A stretch of DNA of 64,000 nt from Phyllobates terribilis (lineage: Eukaryota): assembly GCF_046119375.1 (NCBI RefSeq), contig NW_027362762.1:932232001-932296000 (forward strand). Reading direction: 5' to 3'. The notes under the pieces are model-generated. The model had not been told where the DNA came from, did no database searches, and saw only the letters and a list, made by a program, of their open reading frames with translations. Positions 38,433-51,959 of this stretch are shown piece by piece. How positions within the stretch are numbered: the stretch's first letter is position 1; each line of letters opens with the position of its first letter. The translations under genes and the position numbers were made by a program.

Positions 38433-39395
38433 ATGGAAGAGTCCAGGAGCCATTTGGTGAGCTGCATATCCTGCTACATGTTCACAGACTTGCCAGTGGA
38501 AAAGCCAAACTTCACATGCCAGAAATGCAAGCTTGTGTCCCTGTTGGAGGAAAAGTTGCGAAATCTAGAAGAGAGGTTAACTACCTTGAAAATCATTAAG
38601 GAAGGTGAAGAGTTCTTAGACAGAGCAGAATTATCTCTTCATGATTCAGAAAGAGAAGAAATTCGAACTGCACCTGACGAAACAGAGGAATGGAAGCATG
38701 TGACCCACAGAAGCAGGAGGATCGAGAGGCAGTCAGCACCCATACTGCTCAGGAACCAGTACCAGGCTCTCACACAGGAGAACCATGAAGAAATACAGCA
38801 AGATAAGACTTTGCCAGCAATGAATAACCTTGTAAGCCCTCAGAATCCTCCTGGATGGAGAAAGAAGAATGTTGTGAAGAAAAAACGGAGAGTGGTGGTC
38901 ATGGGGGATTCCCTGTTAAGAGGAACAGAGGCCGCTATCTGCAGACCAGACATAACCTCAAGAGAAATGTGCTGTCTTCCAGGAGCAAAAATTAAAGATG
39001 TGTCTGACAGGATATCAAGACTCTTCAGACCTACAGATCACTACCCATTCCTGCTAATACATGTGGGGACAAATGACACCGCAAGAAAGGACCTGGAAAC
39101 CATCTGCAGTGACTTTGAAGACTTAGGCAAGAAAGTGAAAGAATTGGGAGCGCAGGTGGTCTTCTCATCCATCCTCCCAGTGGATGGCCATGGAACAATG
39201 AGGTGGAATAAGATTCTACAGGTGAACAACTGGCTACGTCGATGGTGCCGTCAACAAGGATTTGGATTTCTGGATCACGGAATGAATTACCTATACGATG
39301 GACTACTTGCTAGAGATGGGGTGCACCTTACGAAGACTGGAAAACATGTATTTGGAAGTCGCCTTGCTACACTCATCAGAAGAGCTTTAAACTAG
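38433..39395 (+). CDS. CR1 ORF1p (N-terminal Cys finger/coiled coil + SGNH esterase)
   Basis: 320-aa open frame; CISCYMF...CQKC, GDSLLRG, IHVGTND, DGVHL. Confidence 0.93.
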   Translation: MEESRSHLVSCISCYMFTDLPVEKPNFTCQKCKLVSLLEEKLRNLEERLTTLKIIKEGEEFLDRAELSLHDSEREEIRTAPDETEEWKHVTHRSRRIERQSAPILLRNQYQALTQENHEEIQQDKTLPAMNNLVSPQNPPGWRKKNVVKKKRRVVVMGDSLLRGTEAAICRPDITSREMCCLPGAKIKDVSDRISRLFRPTDHYPFLLIHVGTNDTARKDLETICSDFEDLGKKVKELGAQVVFSSILPVDGHGTMRWNKILQVNNWLRRWCRQQGFGFLDHGMNYLYDGLLARDGVHLTKTGKHVFGSRLATLIRRALN

Positions 39396-39517
39396 AACAA
39401 TGTGGGAAGGGAAGCAAAAAGCCAGAAAAAGCCATACAGCTGACAAATACTATTGAGATCTCTGCTACTGGAAGTGGAAAAGAAGAACAAAGACAAAAAA
39501 ATCTAAATAATAAAAAT

Positions 39518-42307
39518 ATGGGAGGAAGAGAAACCAATCACAAACTAAAATGTTTTTATACAAATGCACAAAGCATGGGCAACAAACAAGGAGAATTGGA
39601 ACTACTAATGCAGGAAAAGGAATACGATGTCATTGGAATCACTGAAACTTGGTGGGACGATACACATGATTGGAATAAAAGGCTAAAAGGATACAACTTA
39701 TTTGCAAGAAACAGACTTGATAAACGAGGAGGAGGTGTTGCATTGTATGTTAGAAAAGCATATATCTGCACAGAGATTGAAGCTTCAGAGACTGGGAGTT
39801 CTGTGGAAACTGTTTGGGTAAGAATACAAGGAGAGAACAACGGAAAGGACACCATTGTAGGCATTTACTACAGGCCACCTGGGCAAGCTGAAGATATGGA
39901 TGAACTCTTTATGTATCAAATGACCAAGTTCTCCAAAAAATACGACGTAGTGGTCATGGGAGATTTCAACTATCCAGACATTTGTTGGGAATCTCTCTCA
40001 AGTAAAACTAACAGGTCAAGCAAATTCTTATCCTCTCTTGCTGACAACTTTATCTTCCAAAAGGTAGGGGAGAAAACAAGGGGATCTGCTACTTTGGATC
40101 TAATCCTTATAAACAGGGAGGAAATGGTTGAGGAGGTAAAGGTGGCTGGGACCCTAGGAGGCAGCGATCATGCTATTATAGAATTTTGGATAACTAGAGG
40201 AGGAAGACATGTGAAGACTCAAACTTCAAGGTTAGATTTTAGAAAGGCAGATTTTAAGAGACTCAGAAAGAGAATAGGAGGGATCCAATGGCTGGATGTC
40301 CTTAAGGACAAAAATGTCCAGGAAGGATGGGAAATTTTTAAAAATGAGATTCTCAAAGCACAATCGTTAACAATCCCGAAAAGTAGGAAGAATGGGAAGC
40401 ATTTAAGGAAACCAGGATGGATGAACACAGAACTTAAACACATGCTAAAAAGAAAGAAAGAAATGTTTATTAAATGGAAAGAGGGAGGCATATCTAAAGA
40501 AGATTATAATGCAGTCTGCAGATCCTGCAGGGCACGTATCAGGTTAGCTAAAGCTGACAATGAATTAAGGCTTGCAAGAGATGTCAAAAGCAATAAAAAA
40601 GGATTTTGGGGGTATGTCAAAAGTAAAAGAAAAGTCAAAGATGCTATAGGATTTTTACAGGATGAAAATGGAGAAATGGTAAGAGAGGATGTTGAGAAGG
40701 CCGAACTTTTTAATTCCTATTTTGCATCTGTTTTCTCTCAGAAAGAAAATGTAACATCAACTGATCTTCACTGTCCTTTTAAAGGAATAGAGGAATCCAA
40801 GTTATCAGTAAACAGAAAGATTGTGAGGGAATATTTAGCTAACATAAATGAGTTCAAGTCTCCAGGTCCAGATGAATTACACCCCAGAGTACTGAAGGAC
40901 ATTGTAGAAGAAATTTTAGAACCACTCTCCATAATCTTTGAAAATTCTTGGAGAACAGGAGAAGTCCCAGAAGACTGGAGAAGAGCAAATGTTGTTCCTA
41001 TCTTCAAAAAGGGGAAGAAGGTGGACCCAGGGAACTATAGGCCGGTGAGTCTGACTTCTATACCAGGAAAGATCTTTGAACAAATTATTAAACAACATGT
41101 ATGTAAGTACATGGATAAGAATGAAGTGATTAACCAGAGTCAGCATGGGTTTGTAACTAACAAGTCATGTCAGACTAACTTAATTTCCTTCTATGACAGA
41201 ATCACTGACTGGGTGGATCAGGGAAATGCTGTAGATATAGTATATCTTGACTTCAGCAAAGCATTTGACAAAGTATCTCACATCATCCTTATTGAAAAAA
41301 TGACCAAGTATGCAATGGACCAGGCAACTGTTAGGTGGATTCATAACTGGCTTAGTGATCGGACTCAAAGGGTGGTTGTAAATGGCTTCACATCCAGCTG
41401 GATGAATGTCTCAAGTGGGGTACCACAGGGCTCCGTCCTGGGACCTGTATTGTTCAACATCTTTATCAATGATTTAGATGAAGGAATTGAGGGTAAACTG
41501 ATTAAATTTGCTGATGACACAAAGCTAGGAGGGATAGCTAATACTAGAGAAGAGAGAGAGAGGATTCAAAAAGACCTAAATAAACTGGAGCAGTGGGCAG
41601 CAACCAACAGAATGGTTTTTAACAGGGAAAAATGCAAAGTACTACATCTGGGCAATAAAAATGAAAAAAGCATATACAGAATGGGAGGAATAGAGCTAAG
41701 CAACAGTACATGTGAAAAAGACTTAGGTATACTAATAGATCATAGACTGAACATGAGTCAACAGTGTGATGCAGCAGCAAAAAAGGCAAATACAATTCTG
41801 GGATGTATTAACAGAAGCATACAGTCTAGATCACGTGAAGTCATTATCGGTCTTTACTCCTCTTTGGTCAGACCTCATCTGGAATACTGTGTACAGTTTT
41901 GGGCACCACATTTTAAAAAAGACATCGACAAACTGGAGCAAGTTCAGAGAAGAGCGACCAGAATGGTGACTGGTCTGCAAACCATGTCCTATGAGGAACG
42001 GTTGCAGGATTTGGGAATGTTTAGCTTGCAAAAAAGAAGACTGAGAGGAGACTTAATAGCTGTCTACAAATATGTCAAGGGCTGTCACATTGTAGAAGGA
42101 TCATCTTTATTCTCATTTGCACAAGGAAAGACTAGAAGCAATGGAATGAAACTAAATGGGAGGAGACACAGATTAGATATTAGAAAAAACTTTTTGACAG
42201 TTAGGGTGATTAATGAGTGGAACAGGCTGCCACGAGAGGTGGTGAGTTCCCCTTCAATGGACGTCTTCAAACAGAGGCTGGACAGACATCTGTCTGAGAT
42301 GATCTAG
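39518..42307 (+). CDS. CR1 ORF2p (APE endonuclease + reverse transcriptase)
   Basis: 929-aa open frame; NAQSM, GITETWW, GDFNYP, SDH; NYRPVSLTS, LDFSKAFDKV, GVPQGSVLGP, FADD. Confidence 0.97.
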   Translation: MGGRETNHKLKCFYTNAQSMGNKQGELELLMQEKEYDVIGITETWWDDTHDWNKRLKGYNLFARNRLDKRGGGVALYVRKAYICTEIEASETGSSVETVWVRIQGENNGKDTIVGIYYRPPGQAEDMDELFMYQMTKFSKKYDVVVMGDFNYPDICWESLSSKTNRSSKFLSSLADNFIFQKVGEKTRGSATLDLILINREEMVEEVKVAGTLGGSDHAIIEFWITRGGRHVKTQTSRLDFRKADFKRLRKRIGGIQWLDVLKDKNVQEGWEIFKNEILKAQSLTIPKSRKNGKHLRKPGWMNTELKHMLKRKKEMFIKWKEGGISKEDYNAVCRSCRARIRLAKADNELRLARDVKSNKKGFWGYVKSKRKVKDAIGFLQDENGEMVREDVEKAELFNSYFASVFSQKENVTSTDLHCPFKGIEESKLSVNRKIVREYLANINEFKSPGPDELHPRVLKDIVEEILEPLSIIFENSWRTGEVPEDWRRANVVPIFKKGKKVDPGNYRPVSLTSIPGKIFEQIIKQHVCKYMDKNEVINQSQHGFVTNKSCQTNLISFYDRITDWVDQGNAVDIVYLDFSKAFDKVSHIILIEKMTKYAMDQATVRWIHNWLSDRTQRVVVNGFTSSWMNVSSGVPQGSVLGPVLFNIFINDLDEGIEGKLIKFADDTKLGGIANTREERERIQKDLNKLEQWAATNRMVFNREKCKVLHLGNKNEKSIYRMGGIELSNSTCEKDLGILIDHRLNMSQQCDAAAKKANTILGCINRSIQSRSREVIIGLYSSLVRPHLEYCVQFWAPHFKKDIDKLEQVQRRATRMVTGLQTMSYEERLQDLGMFSLQKRRLRGDLIAVYKYVKGCHIVEGSSLFSFAQGKTRSNGMKLNGRRHRLDIRKNFLTVRVINEWNRLPREVVSSPSMDVFKQRLDRHLSEMI

Positions 42308-42674
42308 TGAATCCTGCTTTGAGCAGGGGGTTGGACCAGATGACCCAGGAGGTCCCCTCCAACTCTACCATTCTATGATTCTATATACTTAACAAAAAAG
42401 TGTGAAACAACTGAAAATATGTCTTATGTTCTAGGTTCTTCAAAGTAGCCACCTTTTGCTTTGATGACTGCTTTGCACACTCTTGGCATTCTCTTGATGA
42501 ACTTCAAGAGGTAGCCACCGGAAATGGTTTTCACTTCACAGGTGTGCCCTGTCAGGTTTAATAAGTGGGATTTCTTGCCTTATAAATGGGGTTGGGACCA
42601 TCAGTTGTGTTGTGCAGAAGTCAGGTGGATACACAGCTGATAGTCCTACTGAATAGACTGTTAGAATTTGTATT

Positions 42675-43673
42675 ATGGCAAGAAAAAAGCAGCGAAGTAA
42701 AGAAAAACGAGTGCCCATCATTACTTTAAGAAATGAAGGTCAGTCAGTCTGAAAAATTGAGCAAACTTTGAAAGTGTCCCCAAGTGCAGTTGCAAAAACC
42801 ATCAAGCGCTACAAAGAAACTGGCTCACATGAGGACCGCCACAGGAAAGGAAGACCAAGAGTCACCTCTGCTTCTGAGGATAAGTTTATCCGAGTCACCA
42901 GCCTCAGTTCTAGCAGCAGACACATCTCTACAACAACTGTTAAGAGGAGACTTTGTGCAGCAGGCCTTCATGGTAAAATAGCTGCTAGGAAACCACTGCT
43001 AAGGACAGGCAACAAGCAGAAGAGACTTGTTTGGGCTAAAGAACACAAGGAATGGACATTAGACCAGTGGAAATCTGTGCTTTGGTCTGATGAGTCCAAA
43101 TTTGAGATCTTTGGTTCCAACCACCATGTCTTTGTGCGACGCAGAAAAGGTGAACGGATGGACTCTACATGCCTGGTTCCCACCATGAAGCATGGAGGAG
43201 GAGGTGTGATGGTGTGGGGGTGCTTTGCTGGTGACACTGTTGTGGATTTATTCAAAATTGAAGGCATACTGAACCAGCATGGCTACCACAGCATCTTGCA
43301 GCGGCATGCTATTCCATCCGGTTTGCGTTTAGTTGGACCATCATTTATTTTTCAACAGGACAATGACCCCAAACACACCTCCAGGCTGTGTAAGGGCTAT
43401 TTGACCAAGAAGGAGAGTGATGGGGTGCTACGCCAGATGACCTGGCCTCCACAGTCACCAGACCTGAACCCAATCGAGATGGTTTGGGGTGAGCTGGACC
43501 GCAGAGTGAAGGCAAAAGGGCCAACAAGTGCTAAGCATCTCAGGGAACTCCTTCAAGATTGTTGGAAGACCATTTCCGGTGACTACCTTTTGAAGCTCAT
43601 CAAGAGAACACCAAGAGTGTGCAAAGCAGTCATCAAAGCAAAAGGTGGCTACTTTGAAGAACCTAGAATATAA
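42675..43673 (+). pseudogene. Tc1 transposase pseudogene
   Basis: ATG at 42675 followed by an in-frame TGA near 42750 and a short in-frame deletion in the DNA-binding region. [14 protein letters not shown] and SPDLNPIE are retained. Confidence 0.88.
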
Positions 43674-43809
43674 GACATATTTTCAGTTGTTTCACACTTT
43701 TTTGTTAAGTATATAATTCCACATGTGTTAATTCATAGTTTTGATGCCTTCAGGGTGAATGTACAATTTTCAAAGTCAAGAAAATACAGAAAAATCTTTA
43801 AATGAGGTG

Positions 43810-43977
43810 NNNNNNNNNNNNNNNNNNNNNNNNNNNNNNNNNNNNNNNNNNNNNNNNNNNNNNNNNNNNNNNNNNNNNNNNNNNNNNNNNNNNNNNNNNN
43901 NNNNNNNNNNNNNNNNNNNNNNNNNNNNNNNNNNNNNNNNNNNNNNNNNNNNNNNNNNNNNNNNNNNNNNNNNNNNN
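43810..43977. other. Assembly gap (N run)
   Basis: 168 N. Confidence 1.
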
Positions 43978-45554
<1,577 letters not shown>

Positions 45555-47104
45555 TATATATATAATTATATAAGTTTTGGTATCGCGATAATTGGAGTGT
45601 ATTTGTGCAGCAATATAATTTTTTTTATAATACACAATTTAAAAATAGAAGTGTTTGTCAATTTACTAGAATTTTAGATGAAAGTGTAGTACTCAGCAGT
45701 GGCCACTAAGGTGCTATGGCGCTGTTTTATCCCTCCTTGTATGCTGTTTTTATTACATATTAAGTCCTGCCAGGACAACCCCTTTAAACGATAATGCGTT
45801 GTCGATTATCCAACATTACCTGGGGATTTAAATTATACAGACATTTTCCTATTCATGATATAGGGAAAGTAAATTTTCGGACCTTTGCCAGTATCCAGAA
45901 ATGAACCTGAACAAGCTGCGAGTCCTAATCATATTGTTACAGCTTGTACAGAATTTCTGGCATCATTTTTACAACACAGGGGCAGCCCCCGCCCGCATTG
46001 TGGTCTCTGTGTGCCCCGATGGTTACACCAGCAATGTTCCTAAGATCGCTCGTCGCGGTCCCGCGGAGGCCTCCACGGTGTCCAAATTTCGGCCCACTCA
46101 ATTTTTTTTTTTTACTTGTGATGGAACTAAAATATAAAACATCAAAGGCAAAATATTCAAAATGCAACGAGCCGCAGCGCTTCCCGGACACATATATGGC
46201 ATCAAAGCTGCGGGAACCACTGTCAGCGGGTTTTGAGAATACAGGGACACCTTGATAGAAAGGTCACTATTTTCCTATGTTGGAGACTGTGACTCACTGT
46301 TAGATGTTGTTCTGATTTTTTTTGTAATTTATTTGAATCTGTTTCAGAAAAAAAAAAAAAAGCGGTGGCAGAAAACAATGAAAGGAACTAAGGACCAAAC
46401 GCAGGGGTGAGGACCCACCGCTGCAAACGTGACGACATCTCACATTTTTGTGCAGATCCTTGATTGTTTCTGTTTCCAAAAATCCCTCTAACCAGCAAAC
46501 TGTGCTTTACTAATTCTCCCCAAATCCGGTGCCGAGTCTCCGCCGCAACTTCTGGTGTCTGTTATTGTTACATCAACAATCGCTGCAATCAATCAGCGAG
46601 CTTAGTCGCTGGTGCCATAAACTTGGGTAAAACCGCTGAGCTCAGTGATTAGCTGCAGCACTGTTGACATGACTTCAGCACTGCAGACAATAACAGACAC
46701 TGGGAACAGCGGCAGAGACTTGCTGGACATAGAGGGTGAGGAAAGCAGCAGCCTAGTCCAGGAAATAATTATGCTTTTTTAAATTTTATGCATTTAAAAG
46801 GGGTTTTCCAGTAGTGGACAAAACCATTAAAGGGATTGTCCATGTTTGTGACGACAGTCTGCATTCCCTCTGTGACTGCAGGATCCTCCGGTGCGGCGAG
46901 AGCCTTCCAAGCGTTTTTGATTCAATTTTTCAGTCGTTTTACTTTAAAAAAAATTGCTCCAAAAAGCTTTTAAAAAAGCTCTTTTCACTCACACCCTAAA
47001 TTATTTGAAATTACACATTATAAATAAATCTTAATTCTTTTTTTTTTTTTTTTTTATAGAATTAGTGCTGCAAATCATGATATTAATTATTCAAAAATAT
47101 TTAA

Positions 47105-47340
47105 ATCTGAGAGTCCTCAGTGGTTGATACCTTTTAATGGCTAACTGAAAAGATGGTAACAAATAGCAGCTTTCGAGACTACTCGGGTCTCTTTATCAGG
47201 CATAGAATAACACAAAATCTGAAGTCACATATTTCTACACAGCAGGGCACAAGGATATTGCAATAGATGAGACAAGCGACGTGAAGCAGAACTATCATTA
47301 TGGGAGGGGGATAAACAGTTGTGGCCCAAACCCATACACT
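47105..47340 (-). mobile_element. Probable Penelope-type terminal-repeat remnant with a decayed hammerhead
   Basis: Minus strand reads tatgcCTGATAAaGAGACccgagtaGTCTCGAAAgctgc; family assignment is inferred from the motif. Confidence 0.5.
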
Positions 47341-48784
47341 TTAGAGAAGTGTCTGCTGAACAATCGTTTGTCCCTCCCAACTCTTCCATATACAGGAGCC
47401 GAGTACTCTTGTGTTTTCTATGAGAAAGCCACCGCCAGACATCTATGGCGGCAGCTTTTCCTTGCACGGCAAATGTGTCTGTCTGTCCGCCCCCCTACAT
47501 GCGGCCTTCAGATGGGATATTCTATGTGCTCCTTCTCTCTGGTCTTCAGCGGTGATGTGTGCTTCCCAAAGTGCTCTTCTATGCCCCCCATGTACTCTGC
47601 TGCCTCCCCACCTTTGTGTGTGAGGGTTAACCCTTACCTCTCGCTTTTGCACCGAGCTTGTGTGCTATTCTGCTGCATTGTATAACCCGCGCAGCCCCTT
47701 ACAGTGACCCCTCCTGTGATCTTATCACATCCGCCCCATAGACTTCAATAAAGATTTCTTGTGCTTCTATGCCTGAATCATCTGTATAGCATCTGATTTT
47801 TACAGATACATTTCCATTACTAACATAGGACACTATTCGTTCTTGTAAGTTTTATTCACTTCTGATGTGTAAAAATGGATGCCGTACGGATGATAATACA
47901 GAGGTTAAATCGTCTGTTTTTCTGGATGATGATTTTTTTTTATACGCTCATGTGAACTTAACCTTATCAGTAGCAGCTAATTACAACCATATAATCAACT
48001 GCTTTTTATAAAGCGATATAGTGCAAAATGAAAGGGGTGGTCCGAAACCAAAGGTGAATTTCATACCAAATGTCTATTTAATTCAAGAATCTAAACACTT
48101 TTCCAATATACTTCAATTAAAAATTCCCTACCGTTCCCTCTCTACTCTCACTCGTTATTTATTTTTACTTCCAATGATGTTTCATTTGAGAATCCCAGTG
48201 CATGCTGTGACACTCACACAGGACAACATCAGGGGGCAGAGGCTGTGGTTACTGCAAAAGCTGCTTTCCCCATCTTGAAACAAAGTTTCATCAGTGACAT
48301 CTGCTTCAGGGGCTGGGCTAGTCCCTGCTCGCCATGTTGTCTCCTTACAATGTGCACTGACAGTGCGCTCTCTTGCTGGCTCATTACTTCTCTTTGGAGC
48401 AAGCAAGGAAGCGCACTGTCACTGCGCATTCAAAGGAATATACCACAGGGAGCTCATACTGAGCAGAAGTCAGAAGTTACATCCAACGCGTGCCCAGTAG
48501 AGCAGGGACTAGCCCAGCCTCTGAAATGGACGTCACTGATGACGCTTCGTTTCAGTGAAGGGAGCAGAGGCTGCAGCAGTGACATCCTATTTGAGAATCC
48601 CAGCATGCACTGGTAAATCTCAAACGCAATGTCATTGGAAGTTAAGGAAAAAAAGCAGACAGGAAGGCAGAATAGAGAAGGAACGTTGGGGAATTTTTAA
48701 TTGAAGTATATTAGAAAAGGAGATTAGATTATTACATTACAAAGAGCACTGGGCTCACTAACTCAGAACGACCACCACTCTTAA

Positions 48785-49048
48785 AGGGGTTGTCCAGGTT
48801 TCACACAAAAGTCTGCAGTCACTCTATGACACACACTGTCAGGATTCACCGGTGCTGGCGTCAGGAGCAGGTGGTCATGTGTATATATATTGAGCAAGGC
48901 AGCACATGTCTAGTCGAAATGTGGTTGGGAGTATACACATCGCCTACTTGTGGTCACATGACCGTGCACTCCTGGTGGCGGCACCGGAGAATCCTCACAG
49001 TGTGCGCTGTGCGACTGCAGACTTTCGTGCCAAACCTGATCAACTTCT
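48785..49048. mobile_element. T2/Kolobok-type MITE
   Basis: TTAA|AGGGGTTGTCCAGG ... CCTGATCAACTTCT|TTAA. Confidence 0.78.
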
Positions 49049-49369
49049 TTAATTGTATCAACCATGGTTTCCCTGCTCTGCCGCTCTCTGTTCTGTAGGT
49101 TGCGGGTCACTTTAAGCCCGCGCAAGTGGCGCGATGACATTACCACATCGCTCTGCCTGTGCCGAGACTCAGTGCTGGTGTGATCCAGAGTTAGGTGAGT
49201 ATAAAGTATTTTTTTTTATTATAAGAGTAGTTGTAGGGGTCTGTGGGACCAACATACTGTGGGGGGTGGCTGTAGGGGTATACTACTGTGTTTGGGGGGT
49301 ACCCTGAGGACATTTACTGCGTGGGGACATCATACTGTGTGGTGGAGTTTGAGCAGGTTGGGAATAGAT

Positions 49370-50190
49370 TTTACACCTGAAGTATAGGGTGGGTGTATCC
49401 ACATTTAGGAAGAAGCGCAGTATTAGGGAAGGATCAAAAGTTGATAAAAGCCTCTTGTGATTGTAAAGCTTCTTGTAAAGGAGCTGCCAGCAGCAGATCT
49501 TGATGATTTGTACAACTGCATTCAGCGCCGCAGAACTTTCCTCAGACAACCAGTAATAACCGTGTAAGTATAAGTGTCGGGATTTCTACATGTGGAGCTC
49601 ATGCTCCATACTGAATAAATCGAGATGTTTTGAAAATGTTGTTTCCACTTTTTCATCACTTGCACATCAGTAACTTGTCTATCCATCCTGTGACTTCCAT
49701 CATTCCATGACTTTTCCTTCTTGGTGTTGCAATGTCAAGATTGAAGAATGTTGTATAATGAGTGTGCTATAAATAAGGCAAAACCAAGGTGTCTACTTTT
49801 CTACTGATGCAATTAGCCAGCGCGAGCTGCATATTTTAATAAATTATAGGGAGGCGGTAGGAATCATATCAAGGGTAGCAATAAGAAGGTGGAAGCTAAG
49901 TATCTTTTGTCTAATTAGACAATGATATTCTGCTGACATCTCTGGACAAAAATTGCACAAGCAACAAGGTCAATCCATGGCAAAGTTCCACGAGGTTTCC
50001 AAAATTCCGCTAAGCCTCTCACTTGGATGTTCTATTTTCATTAACAATCTAAATATTTACCGTAATTGTATTCATTTATTTCCAATTTCTTATGTGGCAC
50101 CGAGATATTCTTCATCGCTGTACATAGATCACAGTCTAATTTCCCTATCTCAGGCGCGCACACACCCTGTCTAATGACATAGGATGACAT
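49370..50190 (-). mobile_element. Heavily decayed L1/Tx1-like ORF2 C-terminal fragment
   Basis: Stop- and frameshift-riddled pieces GVCAPEI..KNI, SFHLLIATLDMIPTASL, RHLYLHGYYW and ICCWQ occur in the order expected for an L1 post-RT region. Judged by eye only. Confidence 0.4.
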
Positions 50191-51959
50191 TTAGCCAGTA
50201 ACCTTATTAATAAGTTACTGGAACAAGCCAGAGAACCCAGGGGAAGACTTTGCAAAAATGGGGGGAAACTTTCAAACTTTGTTCAAAAGTTACCCCATCG
50301 CCACATTTAAACCAGAGATTCCAGTATTGCATCGGAGCGAACCTCTGAGCCTCTATGATCATCCTTATCTTTGGTTTCTCCGTGATTTTTTTTTTTGTAC
50401 AGCCATTTAAAGAGAACCTGTCAGAAGGATTTAGCCCTATAAACTAAAGGCATGGCCATAATGGCGCTGTGAGGCTGATCAATCTGATACCTGATGTGAA
50501 GGGATCCGCTCAGTGGTTAATACTCACCTTATTAAGTTGTCAGACAATGATGTCTTGTGTGCTTCGGGGTGGGATGTGGGGGCAGGGTCTTCTTCTGGTT
50601 CTCCGCCCCTCACCAACCTCCTCTGCTTCTTGTACAGGTCACTGATTGTGCACTCCATTCCGACGGGATCATCTTCAGGATCATTGGTAGTCTCAGGTGA
50701 CATCTCTTAAATACAAAATTACAAATGTAATAGCGGGGGGGTGTGAATTGGTCAGGAATAGTTTACCTAAGACATTGGCAGAGCATTAAATTTGTAGGAC
50801 ACTGTTTACTTTCACATTTTGATTGGCCTTTGAGTTGCTCAAGTATTGTTCAATTTCACTCCTTGGTCGGCCAATGTTTACTTTACACATATCACTAATT
50901 TAATTAAACTGTACTAATCCTAATTAAATTATACTAATCCTAAACTGTCATTCTCAGGTGATGAGACCAAGACATTATGGTTTAAACTTGGGAAAATCAC
51001 AAAAATAAATGGGTTTAACATACTGCTTGTACCTTCTTTTTTTTCACTAAAAATGCAGCAAAACCTGATACCTGCGCTTTTGCACTTACTCATTGCTTTC
51101 TATGGGTGAAAAAAACACTGAAAGAAGTGACATGCTGCAGTTTTCAAAAATGCAGAAGCTTTCCAATTCAGTCAGGAAAAAAAACCTGTGTGTGAATGAG
51201 ATTTCTGAAATCTCAAAGACTTTGCTGGTACTATAAAACGCAGCTTAAAATTTGCATAAAAGCAGCAAAAACGCAACGTGTGAACATGTCCATCACTTGA
51301 CAACTCCTACAATCTTTGACCTTATCCAGCACTTGAACCCTGCCAGTCGCCATAACGGGAGACTTATGTCCCCTATTCTTGCCTGGCTAAAACGCGTTGG
51401 CAAGAAGTTGAATTCAGCAGCAGCAGCCAGTCACTACAAAATTTCTGGATATCACTATTTTCAGGGCTGAGTTAGGGGTTAATACCGGCAGGAAGTCCAA
51501 GATTTAAAGATGGCATTGACCATGTGATAGGGGGCGCCGGGTAGGCTAGAGGGCGGGTTATTGCCTCACCTGGGCAAAACCGCTTCAAAAACTAATGAAA
51601 AGTTTTTTTACTTGTTACAGAATGCAGGAAAAAGTTGAGTATGAAGAAGTTCGAAAGTTGGGGATCACCTTTGGTGCCATTTTTATGAAGCCATGATTTT
51701 CAAGCTGAACTCCATGTTCTACCCACATATAGAAAAGTGACAATAAACGGCGCCGATTTTATGATGCGCCATATTCTTTAATCAATGTACATTACGGAAA
51801 ATTCTATGGAGCAACGTTTCTGTATAAATCTGTTTTCAGGAGAATACCGATTGTCTTTGCAGAACAAGGGCAAAATTATCACCACTCGGCTGTTTTTACA
51901 GACTCGGTGATGGAGAACTGGAATAGCAGAGCTGAGTAGGAGAAGGAAGTTCAGAGACA

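Larger units (their letters stand above)
37841..42383 (+). mobile_element. Full-length CR1 LINE
   Basis: Monomer 5'UTR, ORF1, ORF2, conserved CR1 3'UTR hairpin (gggttggaccagatgacc...ccaac) and ATTCTATGATTCTA tail. Confidence 0.96.
37727..43809 (+). mobile_element. Tc1 element, inactive, whose left IR is interrupted by the CR1
   Basis: TA|cagtacagaccaaaagtttggacacacc left end; the right IR runs into the gap; transposase at 42675-43673. Confidence 0.9.

Noticed and set aside
45937-46250. GC-rich open frame on the minus strand with a plausible acceptor (…FSKPADSGSRSFDAIYV…GCPCVVKMMPEILYKL)
   Set aside because: No recognisable homology, and the frame depends on a poly-A run. It may be a decayed retroelement fragment.
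47440-47700. ATG plus donor GAG|gtaagg on the minus strand (MQQNSTQARCKSE)
   Set aside because: Too short, and no compatible downstream exon or homology was found.
49370-50190. Apparent additional exons with splice-like ends continuing the 50528-50705 segment
   Set aside because: Every tested join ends in a stop within a few dozen codons; the pieces fit a decayed L1-type ORF2 better.
51310-51405. aaaacgcgttggc preceded by a gccag/ctggc stem, as a possible hammerhead
   Set aside because: No recognisable CUGANGA core and GAAA is mutated; too degenerate to support.
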